A stretch of DNA of 64,000 nucleotides from positions 10,565-74,564 of the IMG/VR virus record IMGVR_UViG_2737471844_000002. One strand, 5' to 3'. The DNA comes from a virus. Lineage: Duplodnaviria > Heunggongvirae > Uroviricota > Caudoviricetes. Each line of letters opens with the position of its first letter. Position 1 is the first letter of the stretch. A program made the position numbers and the translations under genes. Of this stretch, positions 1 to 8,661 are shown one piece after another. The notes beneath the pieces were generated by a model that was not told where the DNA came from, did not search any database, and saw only the letters and a list, made by a program, of their open reading frames with translations.

Positions 1-124
1 TACATGATGTTATCAAGGAAGCACTGAGAAATGACTACAACGGCGTGAATATTTTTTCTGAAAACGTTGCGCCTCGCGCACATAACACAAATTAATCTGT
101 AAATATCACTGAGGTAATTTAATT

Positions 125-769
125 ATGACGACTGAAAATAAAGTTAAGCAATACACGAAAACTCAAGCGCCTGAAGGTTACTGGGTGGATGCCCGTGGCG
201 TAATGACACCTGAAAGCCTTATCAAAGATATTGACCGCGACCGCGAGCAGCTGGTCGGTGAGCTTGTGGAGATGGTGATTGCTGCCTCCGCCTCACTGCG
301 TGAACTGAAACTGCGTGCGTTTGGTGATATTCAGGCGTTTATTGACCTGTCGGCGGAGAAATACGGCGCTGTGAAAGGCGGCAAAAAAGGCAATATCACG
401 CTTTACAGCTTTGACGGGCGTTACAAGATTCAGCGCGCCATGCAGGACCGTATCGCGCTTGATGAACGCATTCAGACCGCGAAGGCACTGATTGATGACT
501 GCCTGGCTGACTGGACGGAAGGAGCGCGCCCTGAAATTAAAGCCATCATCAGTGAGGCATTCAGCACGGACAAGGAAGGCAACATTAACACCGGGCGCGT
601 TCTGGCTCTGCGTCGTCTCGATATTACGGAGGAACGCTGGGATAACGCCATGAAACTGATTGGTGAAGCCGTCCAGGTGGTTGGCAGCAGAAGCTATATC
701 CGCGTGTATGAGCGCGTCGGTGATTCCGACGAATACCGCGCAATCCCGCTTGATATTGCAGGGGTTTAA
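125..769 (+). CDS. Mu-like phage early-region protein (DUF3164-like)
   Basis: 214-aa ORF; sequence character matches the conserved DUF3164-type proteins of Mu-like early regions (family recalled from memory, no search run). Confidence 0.5.
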   Translation: MTTENKVKQYTKTQAPEGYWVDARGVMTPESLIKDIDRDREQLVGELVEMVIAASASLRELKLRAFGDIQAFIDLSAEKYGAVKGGKKGNITLYSFDGRYKIQRAMQDRIALDERIQTAKALIDDCLADWTEGARPEIKAIISEAFSTDKEGNINTGRVLALRRLDITEERWDNAMKLIGEAVQVVGSRSYIRVYERVGDSDEYRAIPLDIAGV

Positions 770-770
770 C

Positions 771-1004
771 ATGCATCAGGATATCAAAGAGTACAGAGCC
801 GGAAATAGTTGCGCGGCGTATTCGCTGGGCGCGTCCAGAGCAGAACAACGCGGCGATTATGACGAGGCAGAAAAACTGTGGCGCAAGGCAGCGCAAAGCC
901 CGTGTAGCACCCTGCGCCGCATCTGGGCTGAACATCGTGCGGAGTTCTGCGCTAACGCTCACCTGAAAGGATGGAAGCCGCCTCATGAACGCGAAGAACT
1001 TTAA
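771..1004 (+). CDS. hypothetical protein
   Basis: 78-aa ORF from ATG 771 immediately after the previous stop; no recognisable domain. Confidence 0.3.
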   Translation: MHQDIKEYRAGNSCAAYSLGASRAEQRGDYDEAEKLWRKAAQSPCSTLRRIWAEHRAEFCANAHLKGWKPPHEREEL

Positions 1005-1176
1005 TAAGCAGTATCCGGTAGGGGCTCGCTTCATGCACACTGCACATCCTGCGTTGCGTGGTGGTCGTGTAGTGAAAACCGTTTCACCTGCCAGAGATTT
1101 TAAATGTGGTTGTGTGGTTGAAATTAATGTCGAGCCTTATTTCGTAAAAGTCGAAACACTGAAAGCACCGCATTAA
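985..1176 (+). CDS. hypothetical protein
   Basis: 63-aa ORF overlapping the previous stop by 20 nt; no recognisable domain. Confidence 0.25.
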   Translation: MNAKNFNKQYPVGARFMHTAHPALRGGRVVKTVSPARDFKCGCVVEINVEPYFVKVETLKAPH

Positions 1177-1454
1177 TTTAATTTGTTTTTAATTGTTATT
1201 TAAAACAGGCGTAAACCCGCCAGGGCTGGCTTACGCCTGAATCTGAGGAAGTTTATTTATGAATATTGCTAAGCAAAAAAAATTCGCCCACGAAATTAAT
1301 CTGACAATCGTTTGTTTTAATCGTCTTGCGACCAGTTCTCAATCGACAGCAGATGTTCATCCAGCGCCGCAGCCAGAACGAACTCCCCACGTTCCTGAAG
1401 GCCGTGCCGGAAGTTGCGTAATTCAGAATTCAGGATGCTGAGGTTCAGACGACC

Positions 1455-2165
1455 ATGAAAGATAAATACATTGCCAAAATCAAAAAACTGTTACGCCTTG
1501 CCAGAGGAACATCAAGCCCGGAAGAAGCCGCTAACGCTATTGCAAAAGCCCAGGCTTATATGCGCCAGCATGGCATCAGCGAAAACGACGCGGAATTGTT
1601 CGATATTCAGGAGGCTGCCAGCGCGGGTGCCCCCAGTAATGCTGTGATTTCGCCGCGCTATATGCATGTTCTGTGTAGTCTGGTCAGCAATGCCTTCGGG
1701 GTTGAATGTTATATCTCCTTTAAATATCTGGAATCTGGTTCACTCAAACGTTACGTGCGTTTTTATGGTCCTGACAGCCGCCCGGAAATTGCGGCCTACG
1801 CGTTTGATGTGCTTTCCCGTCAGATGATGGCAGAGCGCAAGAAATATCAGGATAAACACTGCAAACGTTGTGGTCCGTCCACGCGGGTGGCCCGTGGCGA
1901 CCAGTTCTGCGAAGGCTGGGTCTTTGGTGCCCGTGATGTCATTGCGGTGTATGACGTCTCCCCGGAAGAAAAAATCCGCCTTGAGCTTTACAGAAAGAAC
2001 CTGTACAGCACTAAGGGGCTGCGTGACGGGGATATGCGCACAGCTAAAGCGTGCCGGGGTGCAGAGTTTGCCGCTACTGCCGGTTTTATCGCCGGGAAAA
2101 ACGCCAGACTGCATCAGGGGGTTAATGGTCAGAGCAACAGACCGCTGGCACTGGGGAGGGGATAA
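1455..2165 (+). CDS. phage protein with DUF2786-like N-terminus
   Basis: 236-aa ORF; N-terminal KKLLRLARGTSSPEEAANAIAKAQ motif typical of DUF2786-family phage proteins; CKRCG cysteine pair suggests metal binding. Confidence 0.4.
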   Translation: MKDKYIAKIKKLLRLARGTSSPEEAANAIAKAQAYMRQHGISENDAELFDIQEAASAGAPSNAVISPRYMHVLCSLVSNAFGVECYISFKYLESGSLKRYVRFYGPDSRPEIAAYAFDVLSRQMMAERKKYQDKHCKRCGPSTRVARGDQFCEGWVFGARDVIAVYDVSPEEKIRLELYRKNLYSTKGLRDGDMRTAKACRGAEFAATAGFIAGKNARLHQGVNGQSNRPLALGRG

Positions 2166-2167
2166 CG

Positions 2168-2395
2168 ATGGCTTTTAAACTTCTCAGTGTTACCGAAGCA
2201 ATATACCAGCCGCCCGGAGAACGCCACGAATACAGGATGAATGACGGCAGCGCGGCGGTTGAGTTTCCCAAATATCCGGGGGCTTCCCGGTGGCGGTTCT
2301 ATGACAGTGTGGGACGCCGGATTATTAAAAGAACTGTGCACAACGCCATGAAAGCCGCCGTAGAGCGTCATAAAAGGAGGTTTAACTGTAAATGA
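2168..2395 (+). CDS. hypothetical protein
   Basis: 75-aa ORF tightly packed after upstream gene. Confidence 0.3.
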   Translation: MAFKLLSVTEAIYQPPGERHEYRMNDGSAAVEFPKYPGASRWRFYDSVGRRIIKRTVHNAMKAAVERHKRRFNCK

Positions 2396-2622
2396 ATATT
2401 GAGTTTTATGAACGCAATGGTACCGCAGTTATCACTATCTCCTGCTGGTTCTGGGAATTTCGCCGTTACTGGCGGGTTGTGGATGCGGCTTTGTTTGTGG
2501 CTCCTGACGCGATACACGAAAGCAGTGGCGGCATTTTAATGATAACCGTCATCACCGGTAAAACGGTCCCGATGTTACGGGCGTTTAAAGTGGCAAAACA
2601 GGAGGCTGGCAATGGTCATTGA
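2392..2622 (+). CDS. hypothetical protein
   Basis: 76-aa ORF, start overlaps upstream stop (translational coupling). Confidence 0.3.
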   Translation: MNIEFYERNGTAVITISCWFWEFRRYWRVVDAALFVAPDAIHESSGGILMITVITGKTVPMLRAFKVAKQEAGNGH

Positions 2623-2902
2623 TAAAACGATAACGATAGATATAGCCATGAATGCAGGCATCGCTCTTCTCGGTTGGTGTTACATCATGCTCCGCGCCGG
2701 GATGTGGCTGTCCCTTGTATTCCTGAAAACATGGAATAAGCACCGTAAACAGACGCAGCAGCAGAAGGCAATGAATGCGTTTTTTGAGGCCTTCGATATC
2801 GACAGCATAGAGCCAGGAGAACCAACCCGCGTTATCCCCGTAGGTGATGTCGTGATTTTGGTATACCGAAGTGAAAAAAATAAACAGGAGGCGGCGCAGT
2901 GA
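2612..2902 (+). CDS. hypothetical membrane protein
   Basis: 96-aa ORF with a hydrophobic N-terminal segment (GIALLGWCYIMLRAGMWLSLVFL). Confidence 0.3.
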   Translation: MVIDKTITIDIAMNAGIALLGWCYIMLRAGMWLSLVFLKTWNKHRKQTQQQKAMNAFFEAFDIDSIEPGEPTRVIPVGDVVILVYRSEKNKQEAAQ

Positions 2903-3060
2903 ACCAGCAAACCAGAATAAGCGATAAGAGCCTGACCAGACTGATTGCCGATGCGGACAAGGTGCTGGAGCGAAACACCCCCGTTGCCGATGAGGAATGG
3001 TGGCAGGATTTCCGGGCCGCAATGCTGGAACTTCAGGAACGTCGTCGGGAGGAGTTGAAG

Positions 3061-3323
3061 TGAGTGAATTAAAGTGTCGAATTAATGGCAATCAGATAGA
3101 ACCGTGTGCGGTACTGGCAAAAGCACTCGAATATGGAAATCCAGCCTTTAAGAGTAAAGGCATATTTATCCCGGAACGCGTGAATATAAACACCGGCGAG
3201 CCAGGCTTAGACATTGCTCAAATTCACTCCGGCCAATATGTCGGTCGTGGTGTTGCCATGTGTTTTTGCCCGTTCTGTGGTGAAAGTCTGAAAACATGGA
3301 AAAAGGAGGCAACCAGTGAGTGA
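3061..3323 (+). CDS. hypothetical zinc-ribbon-like protein
   Basis: In-frame GTG at 3061 within track ORF 2997-3323; CPFCG motif near C-terminus; start uncertain. Confidence 0.3.
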
Positions 3324-3942
3324 AGTTAACTATCAGGCACTGCGTGAGGTGGCAGAGGCCGCGAAGGGGGATACGACGTGGCAGAACCTACAGGCTTTTC
3401 ATGCTGCGGCTACGCCGGAGGTTGTGCAGGCGTTGCTGGATGAAAACGAAAGACTGTGTCGAGATCTGATAGCTCGTAATGGTGAGATTGAAGGGCTTCG
3501 GGAGTGGGCAGAAGAACTGGAGGCACGGGAGGTGGCTTTGCCAGTAGCGTCATGCATTGTTGAAGATGGATGCATGTGTGTTGATGGGTTCAGTGAGTAT
3601 GTAGGTCACTCGCTGCCTGATGGAATGCATGAGCTTTATGCTGCCCCGCCAGCGCCCGTAGTGCCTGCATCACTGGAATCAGAGCCGGTGGCGTGGACTG
3701 ATGAAGAGGAACTGCGCGATGTCAAGCAGTATGGTCTCGGTGAGATATTTCAGTACCCGCCAGATAAATACGCAGACTCGCGTCGTGTAATCCCGCTGTA
3801 TCGCGAGCTGCCAGTGCCGGTAGTGCCGGATGAAATGTATTGGCAGGATGCGCCAGTTGAAGGCAGCAGCAAAGCTGCTGCATACGCTACAGGTTGGAAC
3901 GCTTGCCGCGCTGCCATGTTTAAAGGAAAAGGAGGTGCGTAA
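3316..3942 (+). CDS. hypothetical phage protein
   Basis: 208-aa ORF overlapping upstream stop; no recognisable domain. Confidence 0.4.
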   Translation: MSEVNYQALREVAEAAKGDTTWQNLQAFHAAATPEVVQALLDENERLCRDLIARNGEIEGLREWAEELEAREVALPVASCIVEDGCMCVDGFSEYVGHSLPDGMHELYAAPPAPVVPASLESEPVAWTDEEELRDVKQYGLGEIFQYPPDKYADSRRVIPLYRELPVPVVPDEMYWQDAPVEGSSKAAAYATGWNACRAAMFKGKGGA

Positions 3943-4312
3943 TGCGTGTCGCGTTTATCGGTTTATTACCATACCCGACTCGTTTTTGGGCTTCTGCGTT
4001 AATGACAAAGCCGCATGTCCTGATGGCTGACAGCATCATCCCTGCACCGAAACGCCGTACAGGCATTGCGGCGGCGAGACGAGCAGCAAAGAAACGCAGG
4101 AGAACAAAACGATGAAAAACCGTAAGGCAAAAATTCTGTTAGCTCGCAGAAACGGTGTTGGGGTCTGGCGATGGTTGAGGATTAGTAACAGACGAGTGAG
4201 GTTGACGGGGTGTTGCGGGGTGATGTTGTACAGCTGTTGCAAAAAGCCCAGCGCGGCGCAAAACCGCTGGAAGAATCACACTAACGCAAAGTAATTAAAT
4301 AATAACCAATAA

Positions 4313-4359
4313 CAGACCAAAACATATGTTTTGGTCTGCCAAAAGTGATGTTTTGGTCA
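4313..4359. promoter_or_regulatory. palindrome cluster (candidate operator)
   Basis: 26-bp perfect palindrome cagaccaaaacatatgttttggtctg at 4313-4338, followed by a further ccaaaag...ttttggtc inverted pair; four TTTTGGTC-like half sites in alternating orientation. Confidence 0.35.
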
Positions 4360-4361
4360 TT

Positions 4362-4640
4362 ATGAAGATTGAACAAATCGGAATGGCAGCTTTCAGGCAA
4401 CAGGCTGAAAGCGGTGGCGTGGATGAGTTCGTCGTGCAGCGGTTCAGTGGTGTGTATCACCTCTTCGCTGTGAATCGCCGCGCCGGGGTGTCCTATTTTC
4501 TACAGGAACGCCGTGGCGATTACAAGACGTGGCTGTCTCTTGACCGTGCCGCCGCGTTCCTGTCAGGGATTGGCGTTTCACGTTTTACCGTGCGTTTTGA
4601 GGATAATAAACATGCTGAAAAAGATGATCGGGGCCATTAA
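4362..4640 (+). CDS. hypothetical protein
   Basis: Internal ATG 4362 (MKIEQIG...) of track ORF 4326-4640; lies directly downstream of the palindrome cluster. Confidence 0.3.
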   Translation: MKIEQIGMAAFRQQAESGGVDEFVVQRFSGVYHLFAVNRRAGVSYFLQERRGDYKTWLSLDRAAAFLSGIGVSRFTVRFEDNKHAEKDDRGH

Positions 4641-5010
4641 AGCCGGTCAGGCGTATCTGGGGTGGGATGATGCCCTTTATCGCCAGACGCTGGCCCGCCT
4701 GACAGGTAAAACAAGCACCACACGCTGCAACCTCGATGAACTGCGCATCATCCGGGAATACATGCACGAACAGGGATTTCCGCGCAAAGCGCCCGCCGGT
4801 AAAGGTCGCCGCCCCCGTGTTGCAATGAGCAGAAAATCAGTATTATCCAAAATTGAAGCGTTGCTGGCTGATGCCGGTCGTTCCTGGGTGTATGCGGAAG
4901 GACTGGCATCTCACATGTATAAGCAACATGTGATCGAATGGCTGACAGATGATCAGCTGTTTGGGGTGATGGTGGCGCTGGTAAAAGATTCAAGAAGGAG
5001 AAATCAATGA
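4612..5010 (+). CDS. GemA-like (Mu gp16-like) regulatory protein
   Basis: ATG 4612 with gagga SD-like sequence upstream; 132-aa product resembles the Mu GemA/DUF1018 family (from memory). Confidence 0.5.
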   Translation: MLKKMIGAIKAGQAYLGWDDALYRQTLARLTGKTSTTRCNLDELRIIREYMHEQGFPRKAPAGKGRRPRVAMSRKSVLSKIEALLADAGRSWVYAEGLASHMYKQHVIEWLTDDQLFGVMVALVKDSRRRNQ

Positions 5011-5510
5011 TGAAAAAATGGTTGTTTTGTTTAGTAGGGGTTATTTTATCTTTTCCTGCAGCGGCTGAATGGTACGCAGGTGTACAGGAAGATGCATTCA
5101 ACGAACAAAAAACAGCTATGCTGGTTGAGTTAGATAATGGTCGCTTTGGTGTTGTTTTTGATTGCAACAGTGATGGTTTATTCGTATCAGTTGTAGAAAA
5201 ATCAAAGAAAACTGAAAGTGTAACCAAAGAGCTTCCCGTTGATCTAATTTTCAGGATAGATAACCACCCAGCAGTGAAAATGACTGGGGTATTTACACGA
5301 CGAAATGAAAATTTGTACGGGTATAGATCGGATGATGCCAGTAGCATCAAGGAATTGTTATCTTACTTACGTAAAGCAAATGATCGTATTTTAGCCGGTG
5401 CTAAATTTTCTGATGAAAAAAGAGGGATATCGTTTGATATCACGCCAATCGGCTCCACATCAGGTGTTAATAAATTCATCAAAGCCTGTAACATCACGAT
5501 TCCAGAGTAA
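5007..5510 (+). CDS. secreted protein of unknown function (moron)
   Basis: 167-aa ORF with a signal-peptide-like N-terminus (MMKKWLFCLVGVILSFPAAAEW); visibly AT-rich relative to flanking genes; followed by its own terminator. Confidence 0.55.
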   Translation: MMKKWLFCLVGVILSFPAAAEWYAGVQEDAFNEQKTAMLVELDNGRFGVVFDCNSDGLFVSVVEKSKKTESVTKELPVDLIFRIDNHPAVKMTGVFTRRNENLYGYRSDDASSIKELLSYLRKANDRILAGAKFSDEKRGISFDITPIGSTSGVNKFIKACNITIPE

Positions 5511-5520
5511 CCTAATAGCC

Positions 5521-5547
5521 GCCCCTGCCATGCAGGGGCTTTTTTTG
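5521..5547 (+). terminator. rho-independent terminator
   Basis: gcccctgcc atg caggggc hairpin followed by a run of seven T. Confidence 0.6.
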
Positions 5548-5552
5548 TGGTC

Positions 5553-5580
5553 TGTACAGGCGATCATGTATGGCTATAAT
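5553..5580 (+). promoter_or_regulatory. candidate sigma-70 promoter upstream of mor-like gene
   Basis: tgtaca (5553-5558), 16-nt spacer, tataat (5575-5580); about 30 nt upstream of ATG 5610. Confidence 0.3.
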
Positions 5581-5609
5581 AACAGTAAGTTACTACCGGA
5601 GACGCCATC

Positions 5610-6077
5610 ATGCAGACCTTCAGTGAAACAGATCTTCGCGATGCACAGGCACTGCTACCCGATTCCGTGCAGCAACTGATTAGCGTGATTGGCTTCCCCG
5701 CCCTGACCCGGTTAATCCGTTCTTTTGGTGGCGTGACGTTAAGCGGTAAAACCGGCGCACACGCCGAACGCACCGGCGGTGTCCATGCCCTGTTACATGA
5801 CGTGCTGACCGAAGACGAAATCAACAAACTGATCCGCTTTCTTGGCGGTGCGCCGTTTTATATTCCCCGTTGCGATCATGCGTTACGTGCCCTGCGTAAC
5901 TCCCGTTTTATGGCTGATTTACAGCAACATATAAAAGGCGGATGCTCACACCGGCAGGCGCTGGCACTGCTTTGTCCACGTTACGGAATTTCAGACCGGT
6001 ACGCATGGCAACTGATACACCGACGACAAAAACAGACTTCGCTGAAAAGCCCCACCCAGGTGGGGCTTTTTGATTAA
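5610..6077 (+). CDS. Mor/C-family transcriptional activator
   Basis: 155-aa ORF; product resembles the Mu Mor / C late-activator family with a C-terminal HTH-like region (from memory). Confidence 0.55.
   Translation: MQTFSETDLRDAQALLPDSVQQLISVIGFPALTRLIRSFGGVTLSGKTGAHAERTGGVHALLHDVLTEDEINKLIRFLGGAPFYIPRCDHALRALRNSRFMADLQQHIKGGCSHRQALALLCPRYGISDRYAWQLIHRRQKQTSLKSPTQVGLFD
6048..6072 (+). terminator. rho-independent terminator overlapping the mor-like stop
   Basis: agccccacc cagg tggggct hairpin followed by ttttt; overlaps the last codons of the ORF. Confidence 0.45.
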
Positions 6078-6102
6078 TGGGCCTCAGAAAAAGGAGACAC
6101 TT

Positions 6103-6381
6103 ATGACCAACTATACGGCCCTTGCCGAGTATACGGCCTACTCAGAGCAGGCCCGGGATGCTGCCGGACGCCGCTTCGCTTATATGAAAAATCTGTCCAG
6201 CCAGCTAAACCGAATGGCCGAACAACCGGATATGATTGTTCATGAAGAAGCGTTGCAGTGTGCCATTGCTGATATTATCGCCAGTGAAAACGAGATGCGA
6301 GCCGCTCTGGAAAAAGCAAACGCCTCTGCTCCGCTTTGCAATAAACCTCTTATTACGCCGGATTCCCTTTCCCGCTTCTGA
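6103..6381 (+). CDS. hypothetical protein
   Basis: ATG 6103 (MTNYTALAEY...) within track ORF 6070-6381; no recognisable domain. Confidence 0.3.
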   Translation: MTNYTALAEYTAYSEQARDAAGRRFAYMKNLSSQLNRMAEQPDMIVHEEALQCAIADIIASENEMRAALEKANASAPLCNKPLITPDSLSRF

Positions 6382-6403
6382 TTTATCACCCCGCCACGGT
6401 GGG

Positions 6404-6427
6404 GTGCTGAACTCCCCCAGCAGTACC
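6404..6427 (+). promoter_or_regulatory. conserved late-operon element, copy 1 (upstream of lysis genes)
   Basis: gtgctgaactcccccagcagtacc; shares the GTGCTGAACWCCCYC core with copies at 14500 and 26443; preceded by the dyad ccccgccacggtgggg. Confidence 0.45.
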
Positions 6428-6500
6428 TGCCACTCCATACCGCCTATCCTGTCCACTCAGTCTGTAAAACACGCAGGGATAACACTCACAGGAGAATTTC

Positions 6501-6893
6501 ATGTCTGAACCCATTTCAGGCAGCGGCGCGGTGGCACTGACCATTGGCGGTGCCGGTGTGTACGGCCTTATCACCAATACCGATTTCGGTGTGGTCGTGG
6601 GCGCATTTGCCGGGGCGCTGTTTGTGGTCACCCAGCAAAAAGAAATCCCGGTCTGGCGCATGATTATCCACCTGATTATCGCGTTTGTGGTCGGCGTTCT
6701 GGGGGCCGGTGTGGCGGCGTCACTGATGCAGTGGCTGACCCACTACAACGACAAACCCCTCGACGCGTTATGTGCGGTCGGTGTCTCGGCGCTCTCAATC
6801 AAGATTCTGACGTTTATTTATAAACAGGATATTTCATCGCTGTTTGGCCTGTTTTCACGGCTGCGCGGCGGAGGGGGTGAAAATGGTAAGTAG
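6501..6893 (+). CDS. holin-like membrane protein
   Basis: 130-aa ORF with several hydrophobic helices, immediately upstream of the endolysin. Confidence 0.4.
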   Translation: MSEPISGSGAVALTIGGAGVYGLITNTDFGVVVGAFAGALFVVTQQKEIPVWRMIIHLIIAFVVGVLGAGVAASLMQWLTHYNDKPLDALCAVGVSALSIKILTFIYKQDISSLFGLFSRLRGGGGENGK

Positions 6894-7179
6894 CGTTGCC
6901 GGCATTGTTAACGTCTGGCTGTGTGTCGCCATTGTGTTCGGGTTGTTCGTGTACCGCCGTAAAGGGGCTGTTCATAAACCTGCGGTCACCTGGGCGGCGT
7001 ACTGGCTGATGCTCTGGTACGCCATCATCCCGTTCCGCTGGTTGTTTGGTACGTACACCCACTCCAGCTGGCTGGTTGTGGCGCTTAATCTGGTGTTCTG
7101 TGCGCTCATCGTGTGGGCGCACGGGAATTTGTCGAAAATCCTTTCGTTACTGAGGCATCCACATGAAATCAAAAGATGA
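6883..7179 (+). CDS. membrane protein (holin/antiholin candidate)
   Basis: ATG 6883 preceded by ggagggggtga SD; about three predicted TM segments; overlaps the endolysin start. Confidence 0.35.
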   Translation: MVSSVAGIVNVWLCVAIVFGLFVYRRKGAVHKPAVTWAAYWLMLWYAIIPFRWLFGTYTHSSWLVVALNLVFCALIVWAHGNLSKILSLLRHPHEIKR

Positions 7180-7708
7180 CATTTTTGATGAAGTCCTGGG
7201 CAAAGAAGGCGGTTACGTCAATCACCCGGATGATAAGGGCGGCCCGACCAAATGGGGCATTACGGAAAAAGTCGCCCGCGCCCACGGATACCGTGGCGAT
7301 ATGCGTGAGTTAACCCGCGAACAGGCGCTGGATATCCTTGAAGCCGATTACTGGTATGGCCCGCGATTTGACCAGGTCGCCGCATTATCCCCTGATATTG
7401 CCGCAGAGCTGTGTGATACCGGTGTGAATATGGGGCCAACCGTGGCGTCCAGAATGCTTCAGCGCTGGCTGAACGTTTTCAACCTGCGCGGCAGGCTGTA
7501 CCCGGATATGGATACAGACGGACGCATCGGACCTCGCACCATCAGTGCATTGCGCGCCTTCCTGAATAATCGCGGTCAGGACGGTGAGCGGGTGATGCTG
7601 ACGGCCCTGAACTGCACGCAGGGTGACCGCTATCTGGAACTGGCAGAGAAACGCGAGGCTAACGAATCGTTTGTTTATGGCTGGCTGAAGGAGCGCGTGG
7701 CGGTATGA
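7163..7708 (+). CDS. endolysin, GH108-like muramidase with peptidoglycan-binding domain
   Basis: N-terminal FDEVLGKEGGYVNHPDDKGGPTKWGIT matches the GH108 signature (EGGY..P.D.GG.T..GIT); C-terminal half resembles a PG-binding domain. Confidence 0.7.
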   Translation: MKSKDDIFDEVLGKEGGYVNHPDDKGGPTKWGITEKVARAHGYRGDMRELTREQALDILEADYWYGPRFDQVAALSPDIAAELCDTGVNMGPTVASRMLQRWLNVFNLRGRLYPDMDTDGRIGPRTISALRAFLNNRGQDGERVMLTALNCTQGDRYLELAEKREANESFVYGWLKERVAV

Positions 7709-7887
7709 CGCGTCAGCACTGGACACACAGAACGCCACGTAAAGCCGCGCGCTGTGTTCTGGCCCTGTTTCTGGTGATGTTGCTTCCGGTGGGATGCACA
7801 GACATTAACAGGGCGGGCCAGCTGTTTGACGCGGCGGCGCAGGTCTGCCGGATTGTTGATGGCATCCGGCAGTGTTCGCAGAACTGA
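7705..7887 (+). CDS. putative lipoprotein (spanin candidate)
   Basis: 60-aa ORF with signal-like N-terminus and LLPVGC near-lipobox; position directly after the endolysin. Confidence 0.3.
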   Translation: MTRQHWTHRTPRKAARCVLALFLVMLLPVGCTDINRAGQLFDAAAQVCRIVDGIRQCSQN

Positions 7888-7908
7888 TTTTTTTGAAGGT
7901 CTGACACA

Positions 7909-8115
7909 GTGAGCATTATCAGATTTACAGAATGCGCAGGTTCAGGGAGCACCAGCGCTGTCATGGTAGTCGCTGAACGCATCACCCATTTTTACCGTCA
8001 GTGTGGTGCATATGGTGGCACGATCATTGAGCTGGATACCGGGAAAAACGTGTATGTTCTTGAAAATCCCGACAAAGTTAAATGCCTGATTGAACAGGCT
8101 CAGAAGGTCACTTAA
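7909..8115 (+). CDS. hypothetical protein
   Basis: 68-aa ORF. Confidence 0.3.
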   Translation: MSIIRFTECAGSGSTSAVMVVAERITHFYRQCGAYGGTIIELDTGKNVYVLENPDKVKCLIEQAQKVT

Positions 8116-8615
8116 TGGCGTGGTCACAGGATATCAGGGACAAAGTCCGTAACGGGTACATCTTTGACCAGCTTCCGCTGGATATCGTCGCCATGAAGTA
8201 CGCCGTGCCGCACGACACCGCGCGGCGCTGGAAAACGCAGGCGATGAAGAACGGCGATGACTGGGACAAGCTGCGGGCCGCGCACGCGCTCGCCGGTGAC
8301 GGGCTGGAAAGTGTCGCCCGCACCGTGCTTATCAGTCTGGTGGTGAAGTGTCAGACGACGCTTGAACGGCTGAACCAGAACCCGGACATCCCGCCGCAGG
8401 AGTCCGTCGAACTGCTGGCGAGTCTGTCTGACAGCCTCAGTAAGGCGGTGGCCAGCAGTAAAAAAATCCTGCCGGAAACCGACCGGCTCGCCACGGCACT
8501 GGAAGTGGTGCAGCGGCTCGGCGCGTTCATCAGGGACCGTCACCCGGCGCAGTATGCCCCGTTTCTTGAGGTGCTCGAAAGCTTCGCTAAAGAGCTTGAG
8601 GATAATTTCAGTTAA
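8115..8615 (+). CDS. Mu gp27-like small terminase subunit (DUF1804-like)
   Basis: 166-aa ORF just upstream of the large terminase; N-terminal region resembles Mu-like gp27 proteins (from memory). Confidence 0.5.
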   Translation: MAWSQDIRDKVRNGYIFDQLPLDIVAMKYAVPHDTARRWKTQAMKNGDDWDKLRAAHALAGDGLESVARTVLISLVVKCQTTLERLNQNPDIPPQESVELLASLSDSLSKAVASSKKILPETDRLATALEVVQRLGAFIRDRHPAQYAPFLEVLESFAKELEDNFS

Positions 8616-8661
8616 CCACAGCGGCCCGGTTTTCCGGGCCGTCTGATATTCGGGATTTGTA

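Noticed and set aside
1259-1441. 60-aa ORF in the 280-bp gap before the DUF2786-like gene
   Set aside because: Low-complexity translation (Pro/Ser/Ala-rich) and no convincing ribosome-binding site. The gap may instead hold regulatory sequence; the hairpin at about 1209-1240 is not followed by a T-run.
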